Source: Podarcis erhardii | Lineage: Eukaryota | Length of the DNA: 64,000 bases | Strand: one strand, 5' to 3' | Assembly: GCA_964252035.1 (NCBI GenBank) | Contig: OZ176209.1 | Part shown: one piece after another, positions 45,031 to 56,226 of the stretch | Position numbering within the stretch: position 1 is the stretch's first letter | How the letters are laid out: each line of letters begins with the position of its first letter | Translations under genes and position numbers: made by a program | The notes under the pieces: generated by a model | What the model saw: only the letters and a program-made list of their open reading frames with translations | Told to the model about the DNA's origin: nothing | Database searches by the model: none

Positions 45031-48000
45031 TAAAATAGATCGCCCCAAAAGCCTTTCTGGTCTGTTCTGACAGTTCCAAAGCAGATGACTCTTGGTAAGC
45101 CTACAAGCAAGAAATTAATGCACTAACCATCTCCCATGATCCCCAGCAGTTAGCACTGAGAGGCATACTGCATCAGATACTGGAGATATTACAGCATCAT
45201 GGCTAGTGGCTAGTGGTTGCCCTTTCCTCTATTAATTTGTCTAATCCTCTTTTAAAGTCATCCAAATTAGTGGCTATCACTATATCTTGCAGTAGTGAAT
45301 TCTATAGTCCAACCATACATTGTGTTTAAGAGTAGTTCATTTTTCCTGCTCTGTATCTCTCAACATACAGTTTCACTGATGACACTGTGTGGGGAATCAA
45401 ATAACAAAATAAATCTATGATCACACATTTTTATAGCATTATCTTAAATATATAGGATATGCGTTTATTAAGTTTGAACATATACTGTGTACATAGTTTA
45501 TAGCACATTCAAAATGCATTCTTTCCCTCAAAGAATTCTGGGCACTGTAGTTTACCCCTCAGAGCTACAATTCCCTGCAACCATTAGCAAACTACAGTGC
45601 CCATAATTTTTTGAAGGCCAGAATGTGCTTTGAATGTTGTTTAAAGGTATAAGGTGTACACTTAAATTATAGTGTTAGTATTATTGTATTGCAATAAAGC
45701 TGGAGCTTCTACATCAGCAGTACAAACCAATCTTCCACATGCTCAAGATCTTTCAGCGGAAGCAGAAAAAGGCCAAACAAAACAAACAAACCAAAATTGA
45801 ATAAAAATGAGCCAGAATTGACTGGGTTGCTCAAGCAAGCCAAGCAGTCAATGGGACAGCAATGCAACTGAGTGTCACAAAAGAATGTAACATCATCTGG
45901 AACAGTCCAAGGTTTGGGAAAGCAAACTTCACAGGTAGTGCAATCCAGAGCAGATGTTTGTGATACCAAATTGATTTGAGACAGCCCTGAACATAGTTCT
46001 ATCCAGTATACATCATTCTCACAGCCAGGGGATGATAATAATGGCAAATGGAAGATGATTTACTAGCAAATAATTCCCTCAGCACTTTTCCAGTTTGAGC
46101 CTAGGCTATTTACTCAGAGGTACCTACCCCTGAAGCCCTATTTGTGCATTTACTGCACTTGCCTGTAAAGAAACATGCAAGGGAGAGCATTGGGAGAGTG
46201 AGCAGGCTGCCAAGGCCCACCCCCTATGGTGGATCACCTTTATTCCATGTAGAGCCCTCCATGAGTTTGAGGGTGAAGATTTGCAGTGGGAACTCATGGA
46301 GACCCCCCTCTGTGATCTAGAACCTTGCATAATATGGGTTCTAAACATCGTGGAAGCCTCAAGTGCAGGAGACTTCCCCCCTGCAGACCTTCACTCTCAA
46401 ACCCATGGTGGGTTCCACATGGAATTACTTGCCAGAGGGCTCCAGCCTTGGCAGCATGCCCCTAGCAATCCCAAATAAGTCTGCATATAGTGTTGCGACA
46501 TTTCACAACAGTGGAATAAACAGTTTAGAAATGCCTTGCCCCCAATTCAATATATAGAATGTGAGGTACAAATAAGCAAAGATGGTCAGCCATTGTTGTA
46601 TGAGCAGCAGAGATTTGGTTTGGTGCAAAAGCTCAAAACTTCTTATTTAGTCATATGCAATTCTGCCTTACTGGGTATACTCCAGAGCACTATTTAAAAT
46701 CTACAACTATCTATCCATCCATTTGAGAAATTACCTATTCCTCTTAGCTATATGGCCTCCTCTGGTTTCAAGCACCTTTCCCCCTTCTTTGCAGTGCAGT
46801 AACAAATGCCAGTCCCACCTCTCTTTTAAACCCTTCAAAACCTTTTCATTTACAAAGTTTTTTCTGATTAACCCACCTTGTACTACCTGTTAAAACTTTC
46901 AACACCCACCCTCATCTTTGGTAGTCCTTCATCAAAGCCTTCCCCCTCACATTTCACCTTTGTCCCATCCATGTGTACTTTTCGAGTGTAGGCCCTATGG
47001 ATACAGATTGTGTCAACACTATGTTCTTTACAGTGCCTCCTGGTCTTTTCTATCTTACTGCAATTTAGATAACATGTAACGTGTAATACAGTGTCTAGAC
47101 TTTCAGGCTGGATATGGAAAATCTCTGTTCAGATCTTGCCTGCTATCAATGAGCTTACAGACTGTTGTTGGGCAAGTCACTGTGTTTAGCCTAGTTATTG
47201 TCAAGGAAAATGCCAGTCCTTTTTGGAGGAAAGATGGGTATCCATAACATTTTAAAGAATAATACCATTTTTAGCAGAATATTGGAAACTCCTTTCATTT
47301 TCTCTGAGCATTTCTCACGCTTTCCATTAAGAAATACAAAAAACTGGGTTTATCAGGAGATACCTTGCTGTTTTCTTAGTGGTTGAAATGGGAATACAGT
47401 ATGTTATCCCAAGGATAACAATTCTCCAGATCATTCTCCTCTCCTGTGGTCCAAAATTTCCAGGGATTTTCTTTATAGCCCAGAATGAGAGACGGGGGCA
47501 TAATCGTCCAGCATATCTAAATATCACTTTGTACCAAAAATCTAGAAAGAGCCTAGACCTCAGAACAAATATACAGTGCCCTAGTTCACATGTAACACTG
47601 ACAGATGACATAACTGGATTCAGATGTAATGCTAAGCCAAGCATGTTTAGTTCAGGTAGAGCAGCAGGCAGGAATAAGAAAGGAGTAAAGCAGCAGAATT
47701 TTCACTGAAAGCATCTGCACACCTATATATTCATTCTTACCCATGGTTTGGCTTAGTGTTGTGTGTGAAACAAGCCAGTATGCAGTCATTGCACAATAAA
47801 AGGTTAGAGATATGAAGGAAGGAAACACCTTTCAGGCAGCCAAAACACTGTTTTTCTTTTTTAGAAAAAAAGGATACTGTATTCCAAGCATCTGTAGCGC
47901 ACAGATTTCATGGGATTTGGGGATCGTTCCAATTACTGGTTTGTTATTAAGGGAGCTAGATCAGGCCATTATCCTCTCAGTTTTTCCATGGGTGGAAAAC

Positions 48001-48734
48001 AGCTTTCATCACTTTGAATTATTGTACCTTTGGCTTTGGATTTTATATAAAAAGAACATAAATCTGGGTCATTTGGTGTATTCCAAGAAATAGCTCTCTG
48101 GGATGCCAACAAATGTATGGATTAATGATTTGTTTAAAACCCTAAAATATTTTTTTTAAAAAACTGAACAGTATTTTTAAAGCAAGTTAATTTGCAAGCA
48201 GAATGCTCTTCCTCTTATATATTCTGGACCCTTCAAATCTGTTGCCTATGAAATATATGCATTGCTGACAACTTTAGTAGCAGAAATGGTAAAAAAAATA
48301 TGACTAAAAATGTTTGGAGAAAAACAGAGCTTGTAAAAATCCTGAGTTGTATTTTACAGAGCTCTAGTTTACAGAGCTCTTGATTATTTCTATTGGCAAT
48401 TTGTTTTTTTAAAAATATAAAAGTTGTTTTAAAAAGCAAGTATTGCAAATAATATTGTCAGTAATTGTTTCCAGTTTTTGGCTGGGCCTTGTGACTATTG
48501 CTCAAGTACAAATGACCCCTGTAGGTACTGAAAAAACAAACATTTTTCATCCATCGCTCACTGGCAAAGAAGTTAAGAAAACAACAATTGCTCATGACCC
48601 TGTATTCCACGGGGTGGCTATCAGGCGTAGGATGACTACATATACTTGATAATTAGTGCTTAATTGGGGGGGAAAGAACTCTAATTGAGCCTAAAGTCAG
48701 GCTCAGGAAGATTTCATGCATGGCAAACGTTCCA

Positions 48735-48905
48735 GTATAGAACATAGGAACCAGGCCTTCATTGAGCCCAGTTCTGTCTACTCTGGCTAGCAGCAGCTTT
48801 CAATGGTCAAAGGCAAAAAAAATATCAAATCACCTGCAACCTGACCTCCTCAAACTGGAGATACCAAAGACTGAACCTGAGACCTTCTGCATGCAGAGCA
48901 GATAA
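48735..48905 (-). mobile_element. Squam3-like SINE (degenerate)
   Basis: Reverse complement: AGAACATAGGAA tail through GAACCTGAGACCTTCTGCATGCAGAGCAGAT head. Confidence 0.65.
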
Positions 48906-49073
48906 GAGTGATCCCTTTCCAAGGGAGCATAAGGAAATTGTATGGATCCAACATATATGTTATTGCCTGTGACAAATGCAAATATGTATTTCATTGGATG
49001 TAAGATTTCTCTTTGCCCCTGTCCGCCTCAAGCTACTTGCTATGTGTACACATGGCAAAATAGACTTACGTGT

Positions 49074-49174
49074 CTGAAGTATCTGAAGAAGTTTGCATGC
49101 ACACGAAAGCTCATACCTAGAACTAACTTAGTTGGCCTTTAAGGTGCTACTGGAAGGAATTTTTTTATTTTGTT
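49074..49174 (+). mobile_element. Penelope-like element pseudo-LTR fragment, second copy
   Basis: Highly similar to 23255-23349; flanked by 13-bp direct repeat TAGACTTACGTGT at 49061-49073 and 49175-49187. Confidence 0.72.
49079..49116 (+). ncRNA. Minimal hammerhead ribozyme motif, one stem II mismatch
   Basis: GUAU-CUGAAGA-A-GUUUG(CAUG)CACAC-GAAA-GCUC-AUAC; one G>U change breaks the middle pair of stem II. Confidence 0.6.
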
Positions 49175-49273
49175 TAGACTTACGTGTGTTTGTCATACTG
49201 ACAAACTACATGCAGGATTCATGGCCTTTAGAAAACAGAACTTTCCTGCAGCTGAGTCAAGCTTAACACAGTA

Positions 49274-49493
49274 CAGTGGTACCTCTGGTTAAGAACTTAA
49301 TTCGTTCCGGAGGTCCGTTCTTAATCTGAAACTGTTCTTAACCCGAGGTACCACTTTAGCTAATGGGGCCTCCCGCTGCCCCGCCATTGTGCGATTTCTG
49401 TTCTCATCCTGAAGCAAAGTTCTTAACCTGAGGTACTATTTCTGGGTTAGCGGAGTCTGTAACCTGAAGCGTCTGTAACCCGAGGTACCACTG
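49274..49493. mobile_element. Tc1/mariner-type MITE, family A copy 2
   Basis: TIRs CAGTGGTACCTC / GAGGTACCACTG with TA TSD; opposite orientation to copy 1. Confidence 0.9.
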
Positions 49494-49979
49494 TACTCAC
49501 AAAGCCCAGCAGTGACTCATGGGGTGGAAGCAACAACATCCTCATGGCAGCCATGTAATGCTCCTTTGGACAAGGATGGGGCAGGATGAGGTGGTGGTGG
49601 CAAGGTTGGGGTTGGCACCCTCATGCCTGCAGGTCTGCCACTGCCTTGGAGCTCTCCTCAACCTAGTCCCCTCACCCTGCTCTATTGCCATCTTGACAAA
49701 CACAGCATCGCTGATACCAAGAGGAAACCACCCAAGCTGTCTGCAAGCAGCACATGTGGAATACATTTGTGATAGCTTCTATACATGTGGACTTTTAAGG
49801 TCTGTACTCCTCTATACCAACAACAACAACCCTTGCATATGGAAAACTAGATTTCATGGAGAAAGGTTCTCACCTAGTTCTGCTGGTTTACTAATTGCAG
49901 CAGATTAGGTTTTTGTGTTTGCAGGATGGGGTGGGGTGGGGGAGGCTATTGCAATTATCACCTATTATCATTCTCTTTA

Positions 49980-50341
49980 AAGGTAAAGGTACCCCTGCCC
50001 GTACGGGCCAGTTGTGTCCAACTCTAGGGTTGTGCACCCATCTCACTTAAGAGGCCGGGGACCAGCGCTGTTCGGAGACACTTCCGGGTCATGTGGCCAG
50101 CATGACAAAGCTGCTCTGGCGAGCCAGCACCAGCGCAGCACACGGAAACGCCGTTTACCTTCCCGTTATAAAGTGGTACCTACTTATCTACTTGCACTTA
50201 GGGGTGCTTTTGAACTGCTAGGTGGGCAAGAGCTGGGACTGAAAGACGGGAGCTCATCCCGCCGTGGGGATTCGAACCGCCGACCATATGATCGGCAAGT
50301 CCTAGGCACTGAGGTTTTACCCACAGCGCCACCTGCGTCCC
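49980..50341 (-). mobile_element. Sauria SINE, full length, second subfamily, with TSD
   Basis: Intact A box TGGCGCTGTGG and B box GGTTCGAATCC on -; distinct 3' segment ACTGGCCCGTACGGGCAGGGGTACCTTTACCTT; 13-bp TSD ATCATTCTCTTTA at 49967-49979 and 50344-50356. Confidence 0.92.
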
Positions 50342-50917
50342 ACATCATTCTCTTTACTCTGATGCAAACATACAGCTGCTCACCTCCCCAATTAGGTTTT
50401 TCTAAGGCATCCTCCCTACACACTTCTGCCTTAACAAAAAATGGCTCTGGCCCATTTTCATCCAGTCTAGCCTATCTGTGGATATGAGAAAAGAATGGAG
50501 TAATGTTCCAGAATTTCCCCTGAACTTCCTAATGCTGTATTTCAGAAGCAATGACAATAGTTTTAAGGAAATATTTGATTCTTCTTTTGGCTTATGACTT
50601 GCACTTGCTACATTGTTGCCAGTCAATGGTAACAAGATAACTCGTCATTGGGATGGTGAAAACCAGCTCTCAGCACACAAGGAAGTGTACAAATCAAACG
50701 GTCTTCCAGCAACAGACATAATTCTTTCGAAATGTCACCTCTTGGTGACTTGACCATATCAAAAAATAACGCAAGAATTGGGTCTGACTGCAATAAAAGT
50801 TATAAACCAGGAAGGAGTCCAACTTGGCAGAAAGTCCCTGTGCTGTGAAATGCATTAGCAGCAACACAAAACAAATGTGCTCACAAAAACAAGGGGAGAG
50901 GGCAAGAACAAGGGATA

Positions 50918-50923
50918 TTTAAT
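50918..50923 (-). terminator. WNT5B: Candidate WNT5B polyadenylation signal (ATTAAA on -)
   Basis: About 1.07 kb after the stop codon, followed on - by U/GU-rich sequence (TTGTTTTTGTG, TTTGTTTTGTGTTG). No transcript data. Confidence 0.35.
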
Positions 50924-51989
50924 GTTAAAAGAGAAACTGTACATCTAGGTCAGAGGCAAGGGGGATGAAAAAGCCCTTGTGACACCCATGACCATCTGAG
51001 TCCATGTAGAGACTGAGGTGCTGTGTTTGTTGAATCCTTTGTGTCGAATCATGTCTGTTTTTCTCTCAAGTCCAGAGACACGCCGAATAAGCCCCTTTCC
51101 CAAAACAATCCAAGTAGTCCCAAGAGATCAGTCACCAGCTGTCATGTATCCTGAGGTTAGATCAATACACCACACAATTCTTTTTCCACAGAAGAGAAAA
51201 TCCACCAACCAGCAAAGCCACTTCTGACAGTTTTGCCTTTCCAAAGCTTCAGCAGAGCCCCCTCCACTTCCGCTGCCGCCCTTCTTCATTCCACAAAATG
51301 CAGGAGAATCAGATGCCGGAGTTTCTGTCAGGATATACAGGGGTTAAGCAGCACTTCTAGGTCAAAGGTAATGTTTTCCTTCTCCCGCTTGATGCAGGGG
51401 GACCATCTGCCATTGTGCAACAGTCTGTCTTCAATCCAAACATCAACCACAGCAGGTACGGACACTGCCTTTTGAATCATTCTTCCCATATCTAAAACAG
51501 GTAATTTGCCTTGTAGTTTGGAATCCCACAGTGTGTTTTGACAAGAAGCAGAAAATGACACACAGTCCTTTTGGAAATTGACCTGAGCGTGGAGGGCACT
51601 CCTTTGGCTGTGTCAAAAAAGGCACAGAACACACCCAAGGTGAATGGGAACATATCCCATCCTCCGACTTTTGTGATAAAGGAGCTGTAGGTAGATCCTT
51701 TTCGAGGACCCTCAAGAATCCCTTTTATCCTGGATGCATTGTGTCACGGTTGGGAGGGAACCAGCAAACAAATACCTCCCCCCTCCCGCCCTGCTTTGCT
51801 CCCCTATTAAATAACAAAGGAGTAGCCCAACCATCTAGCTGTTCTAATGGAAACATTTTAGATTTTTAAAAGTCTCTTAAATAAATGTCTTTAATTATTA
51901 TCGTCATCACCATCTATTTATTTATACAAATATATAAAATAGATTTATATAGATTTATATAATATAGATTTGTAACTCTTGTGGGCCCT

Positions 51990-52448
51990 TCATTTACAGA
52001 CGTACTGATCGACAATCTCTGTGCACTTTTTACACTTGACGTAACAGCACCAGTGAAACTTGCAGTGGCAACGCTCGACCTGCACACTCTTGAACTGGTC
52101 GTAGCCTCGGCCACAGCACATCAGCTCACAGCCGTCCATACCCTCTGAGGTCTTATTACAGAGCCGGCCCTTGGTGCCCAGGGATCCTGTGGTTTCGTTG
52201 CGCAGGCAGTAATCGGGGCTGGGGTCGACGTACACCAAGTCCTCTGGAGTGGGCGAATTGAAGCGGTTGTTCACTAGCTCCAGCTTGCCCTTGCGGCTGA
52301 TCCTCATGGCAGCGGCGCTGTCGTACTTCTCCTTCAGGAGGTCTCCCACTTTGCGGAAGTCAGCCAGCTGCAGCCAACAGGTCTTGAGGCTGCAGGAACC
52401 TGAGACACCATGGCACTTACAGGAGACATCAGCCAACTTGTACACTGC
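51990..52448 (-). CDS. WNT5B: Wnt-5b, last coding exon
   Basis: Acceptor CCTTCCGTAG, 459 bp. [25 protein letters not shown]...[23 protein letters not shown] lipidation motif and Cys-rich C-terminus; [13 protein letters not shown] and KSVQVERC match WNT5B rather than WNT5A. Confidence 0.96.
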   Translation of the reverse strand, partial: AVYKLADVSCKCHGVSGSCSLKTCWLQLADFRKVGDLLKEKYDSAAAMRISRKGKLELVNNRFNSPTPEDLVYVDPSPDYCLRNETTGSLGTKGRLCNKTSEGMDGCELMCCGRGYDQFKSVQVERCHCKFHWCCYVKCKKCTEIVDQYVCK

Positions 52449-52889
52449 CTACGGAAGGAAGAAGGTAAGGTGGGGTCAGACAAAGTGTTCAAGCAGCACT
52501 AAAATCTGGCACAACGTAAGCAGCAACTGGTGCAACTTTGTGCACAGAAGCAAGCCTCACTGGGCTTACATCATCATCATCATTAAGTATTATTTTCTTA
52601 ACAAAACAAATTCCTTCCAGTATTATTTTCTTATACTGCGCCCATTCTCACAGCAGTCCAGTAAGGTAGGTTGATATAATGAACATCACAGCTATATGGG
52701 CATTTGAACCTGCATCTTCCTAAACCTAATCTAACACTTTAAAGCATGGTGGCTTCCTGTCCATTTTCTGTTACCTGGAAGAGTGTATCCAAGTCTTATC
52801 AGTGCAACTTACAAGAAATGCTCAGACCCCAAGATCACCTTAGGAAATTGTACTCATAGATCCACCTGTAAGATCAGTTGGGTTGGCAG

Positions 52890-53205
52890 GTACCTGAGAC
52901 AGGGCCTTTTCATTGCTGGCCCTCCCAAGGACTGTTGTGTGTGCACATCTCCCCCAATACAGACCTTAAAACAGGCTCTGAAGGTCCATTTATTTCAAGT
53001 TACTTTCTCTTAAAGGTTTTTTGGTGCACCCACCCAACTGAACCCCAAATTGCTTTAAAGTGTTTTAGCTAATTTTAATGGCATGGTGCTGGTCTTGCTA
53101 CTAGATTATGTTGCCGTGTAAAAAGGTTATTCAATGTAATGGTGAGGTTGTATTATATGATTATGTGCATTATATTTTTATATTCCTTGTAAGCAGCATT
53201 GTAAG
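52890..53205 (+). mobile_element. L2-like LINE 3' fragment
   Basis: GACAGGGCCTTTTCATTGCTGGCCC...CTTAAAACAGGCTCTGAAGGTCCATTTATTT...TTGTAAGCAGC architecture as in the other copies. Confidence 0.5.
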
Positions 53206-54464
53206 GGCTTTAAACTGCCCACATGTTGTTGTTGTTTTTCTCGGATGGATGTTTGTCAGATAATGGATGCAACTCCCACTCGGAGTAAAACAGCAGGGAA
53301 CAAACAATGGGATTGTGTGTGGGTGAGGGAACATACTTTTACAGGAAGTTGGCACAACCCAAGTTGCATCATGCGACCTTTATGTCTAGTTTAGCCAGGG
53401 TGGTGTTGGGAGAGATAGAATATACACCACAAGCCAACAAGCACATGAATGCAGCAACTATGTATTTGCATCTTGTTCGCCACCTGGTGGTCAGTCACTT
53501 GTCTACTCCCATTTTCCCATTACTGAATTCCTTTTTTCTAGCTTTGAAAAGCTGGTAACGAGTATAACAGTCCATGAATTTTGTAACAGTGGCTACAGAA
53601 TGTCGTTTGAGTTGCTGTTAAGACAAGGTTCAGAACTGAGTGCAAGCACGTTGACTGAAACTTGTTTTCCAATATCTGAAAATGCCTGTCACAAGTTGGA
53701 TGCCTCTGAAACTGAAGTCTGCTGTGGAAAATGTGGACTTCAGAGCCAATGATCTAAACGAGGAGAGATTTCCCCCACTGTATATTCTTCATCATTATAT
53801 TTTTAGTGTAAGGATTTTTTAATATAATAAAAAACACCATGCATCTAAAAATGTAATTTGTGAGGGAGACAAATAATACATTCGGAAAAATGTACAGATA
53901 CATTAATCTGAGTCAATTCTATCAAGCATACACTGTGCAAACCCAGGTTTTCTGCTATGTAATTTGTACAATGGCCTTGAGATAATTCTGTACATACAAA
54001 GCCAACCTGAGAATAAAGTTAAATCCACTCCTATGAAAAAGCAAACTGACCAAGATAGGAAGTTTCAGTAGATGAAAAATATCCCTATATAGAAGAGTGA
54101 TAATGATGCACATGAAGCTTGAAAAGAGCCACTGGCTTGATCACCTGTGGTGAGTTAAAAATGCCTCCAAGTAATCAGACACAGATGCCTTGGTCCTTTC
54201 CCTCCCAGCTATGAATGTGCCACAAATGGTTAAATAATACAGAGGATCCATTAGTAGGCATTTTAGTACTCTGAAGGTACATGGTACAACAACCCTGCTG
54301 AAACTAAGGCCGTATACACACCATAGATTTAAAGCCCATTTAAAGCACATGCCTTTCCCCAAAGATTTATGGTCAGTGACTAGATGAGAAAACCCCTGGA
54401 AATCCTGCATAGGCTACCGTGAGGCACCACCATCGTGAAAGAAAGGTCTGCTATAAATACATTA

Positions 54465-54722
54465 CAGTGGTACCTCGGGTTAAGTACTTAATTTGTTCCA
54501 GAGGTCTGTTCTTAACCAGAAACTGTTCTTAACCTGAAGCACCACTTTAGCTAATGGGGCCTCCCGCTGCTGCCGCACCACCGGAGCACGATTTCTGTTC
54601 TTAACCTGAAGCAAAGTTCTTAACTTGAGGTACTATTTCTGCGTTAGCGGAGTCTGTAACCTGAAGCGTCTGTAACCTGAAGCGTCTGTAACCTGAAGCG
54701 TATGTAACCTGAGGTACCACTG
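54465..54722. mobile_element. Tc1/mariner-type MITE, family A copy 3
   Basis: TIRs and TA TSD (54463-54464, 54723-54724); three internal copies of the 16-mer AACCTGAAGCGT(C/A)TGT. Confidence 0.92.
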
Positions 54723-56098
54723 TATACAGTTTTGTTTGCACCAGTAATTTATGTATACCTAATTGGAAGGCTGATGCGTGAAGCAGCACCTTCAAAGAAA
54801 TAAAGTACCTGAACCACAGAATTCTTGTCTGTTTTAACACAACACTCCCCCCCCCCCCGCTCAAACCCTACAAGGCATGTTACAAAATTCAATGTGTCTG
54901 CCTGGTGTAAGATCAGAGATGAGAGATTCATGGTGAGCTGCTGGATGCTTACTGCTTAATAAAATCTATTACCCTCATGGTAGCCATGCATCTTTTAAAA
55001 ATCTGTATTTCAACTTTGAGTCTTTATGACAGGTTTTTAAAACAAAAAAAAAATTGACGTCAATCCAAATGTGAGTGAATACCATGGAGTCTTTAAAAAA
55101 AAATCCCTCAGGAAAGAGGAGAACTCAGCCAGTATCAGAGACATCCGGAAACAATCTCTCTCTGGCAAAGTTATGATCTGCTCCACTTAACTATGGTGGG
55201 ATAAGTCCATCACGGAGAGAACCATGATGATGGAAACAGTCTTCAAACCAATTTCTAATTATAGGTGAGTGATGCAGATAAAGCACTTGGGGCCCAATCC
55301 AAGTGGGTTTGGAACTAATATCTGTGCACAAAAAAAGAACATCCAAAAGGCTGCACAGCAGCAGAGCACTCTGGCTTTGCAAGCATGGAAAGAGTTCTTT
55401 TGCTATATAAAGAAATATTGACAGGCCTTGGAGATGAGCCTCCTGGCTTAAGAAAGCATTAGAACAACTATCTTTCCTTTCTAAATATTCTGCTATACTT
55501 CTGGATTTTTTTATTTTATGTTGAGTTCAGTCCAACAACTGTATCAGAGCCAGGAAACCTAAGCATATTCTCCTCCTGCCTTTTTACATTTAGGGTGTCA
55601 TTTGAGGAAGGTCTCACCATTGCTTTGTCATGAAACCAATTTCCAATGCTGTTTTGGTTGCAAAATTAAAATATTCATTTGTAAGCCTAATTTGAGGTGC
55701 TGGTTCTCACTTTAAAAGCCTTCAACAGTCTAGAACCAGCATACAAATCTCCTCATCCTCCCGCAAAGGACAAATTTCTTGAATGCTCTAGTCAACACTT
55801 GAGGTTCTGTTACGTAACCCTTCGCTTTCTGAAGTTTGGTAGGTTTGAGCACTAGAAACAGGGCCTTTTTGGTTCTAGCACCTTTTTTCGGAATGCTATC
55901 CCCAAAGAAGCTTGCCTGCCTCCATCACTATTCTGTTTTTACTGCACTGTTAAAATTCATCTTTTCCAGAGGGCCTAAGGGGGAATGCAGGAGTTTGGTA
56001 GCAATTATGGATTCTGTTTTTCTGTTCATACTGCAGTGGTGTCCTTTGTTGTTTGTTATTTCAATGTCCTTTTGTTTATCTTGCTATTAATTAAGCAT

Positions 56099-56226
56099 NN
56101 NNNNNNNNNNNNNNNNNNNNNNNNNNNNNNNNNNNNNNNNNNNNNNNNNNNNNNNNNNNNNNNNNNNNNNNNNNNNNNNNNNNNNNNNNNNNNNNNNNNN
56201 NNNNNNNNNNNNNNNNNNNNNNNNNN
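56099..56226. other. Assembly gap (128 N)
   Basis: Run of N. Confidence 1.

Noticed and set aside
54650-54715. CRISPR-like or other regular direct-repeat array
   Set aside because: Contiguous 16-bp units with no spacers inside a eukaryotic MITE; no CRISPR array anywhere in the window.
54601-54864. Similar ORFs at 54601 and 63259-63618 (RLQTLQVTDSAN...)
   Set aside because: Translations of the mariner MITE; no transposase motifs and too short.
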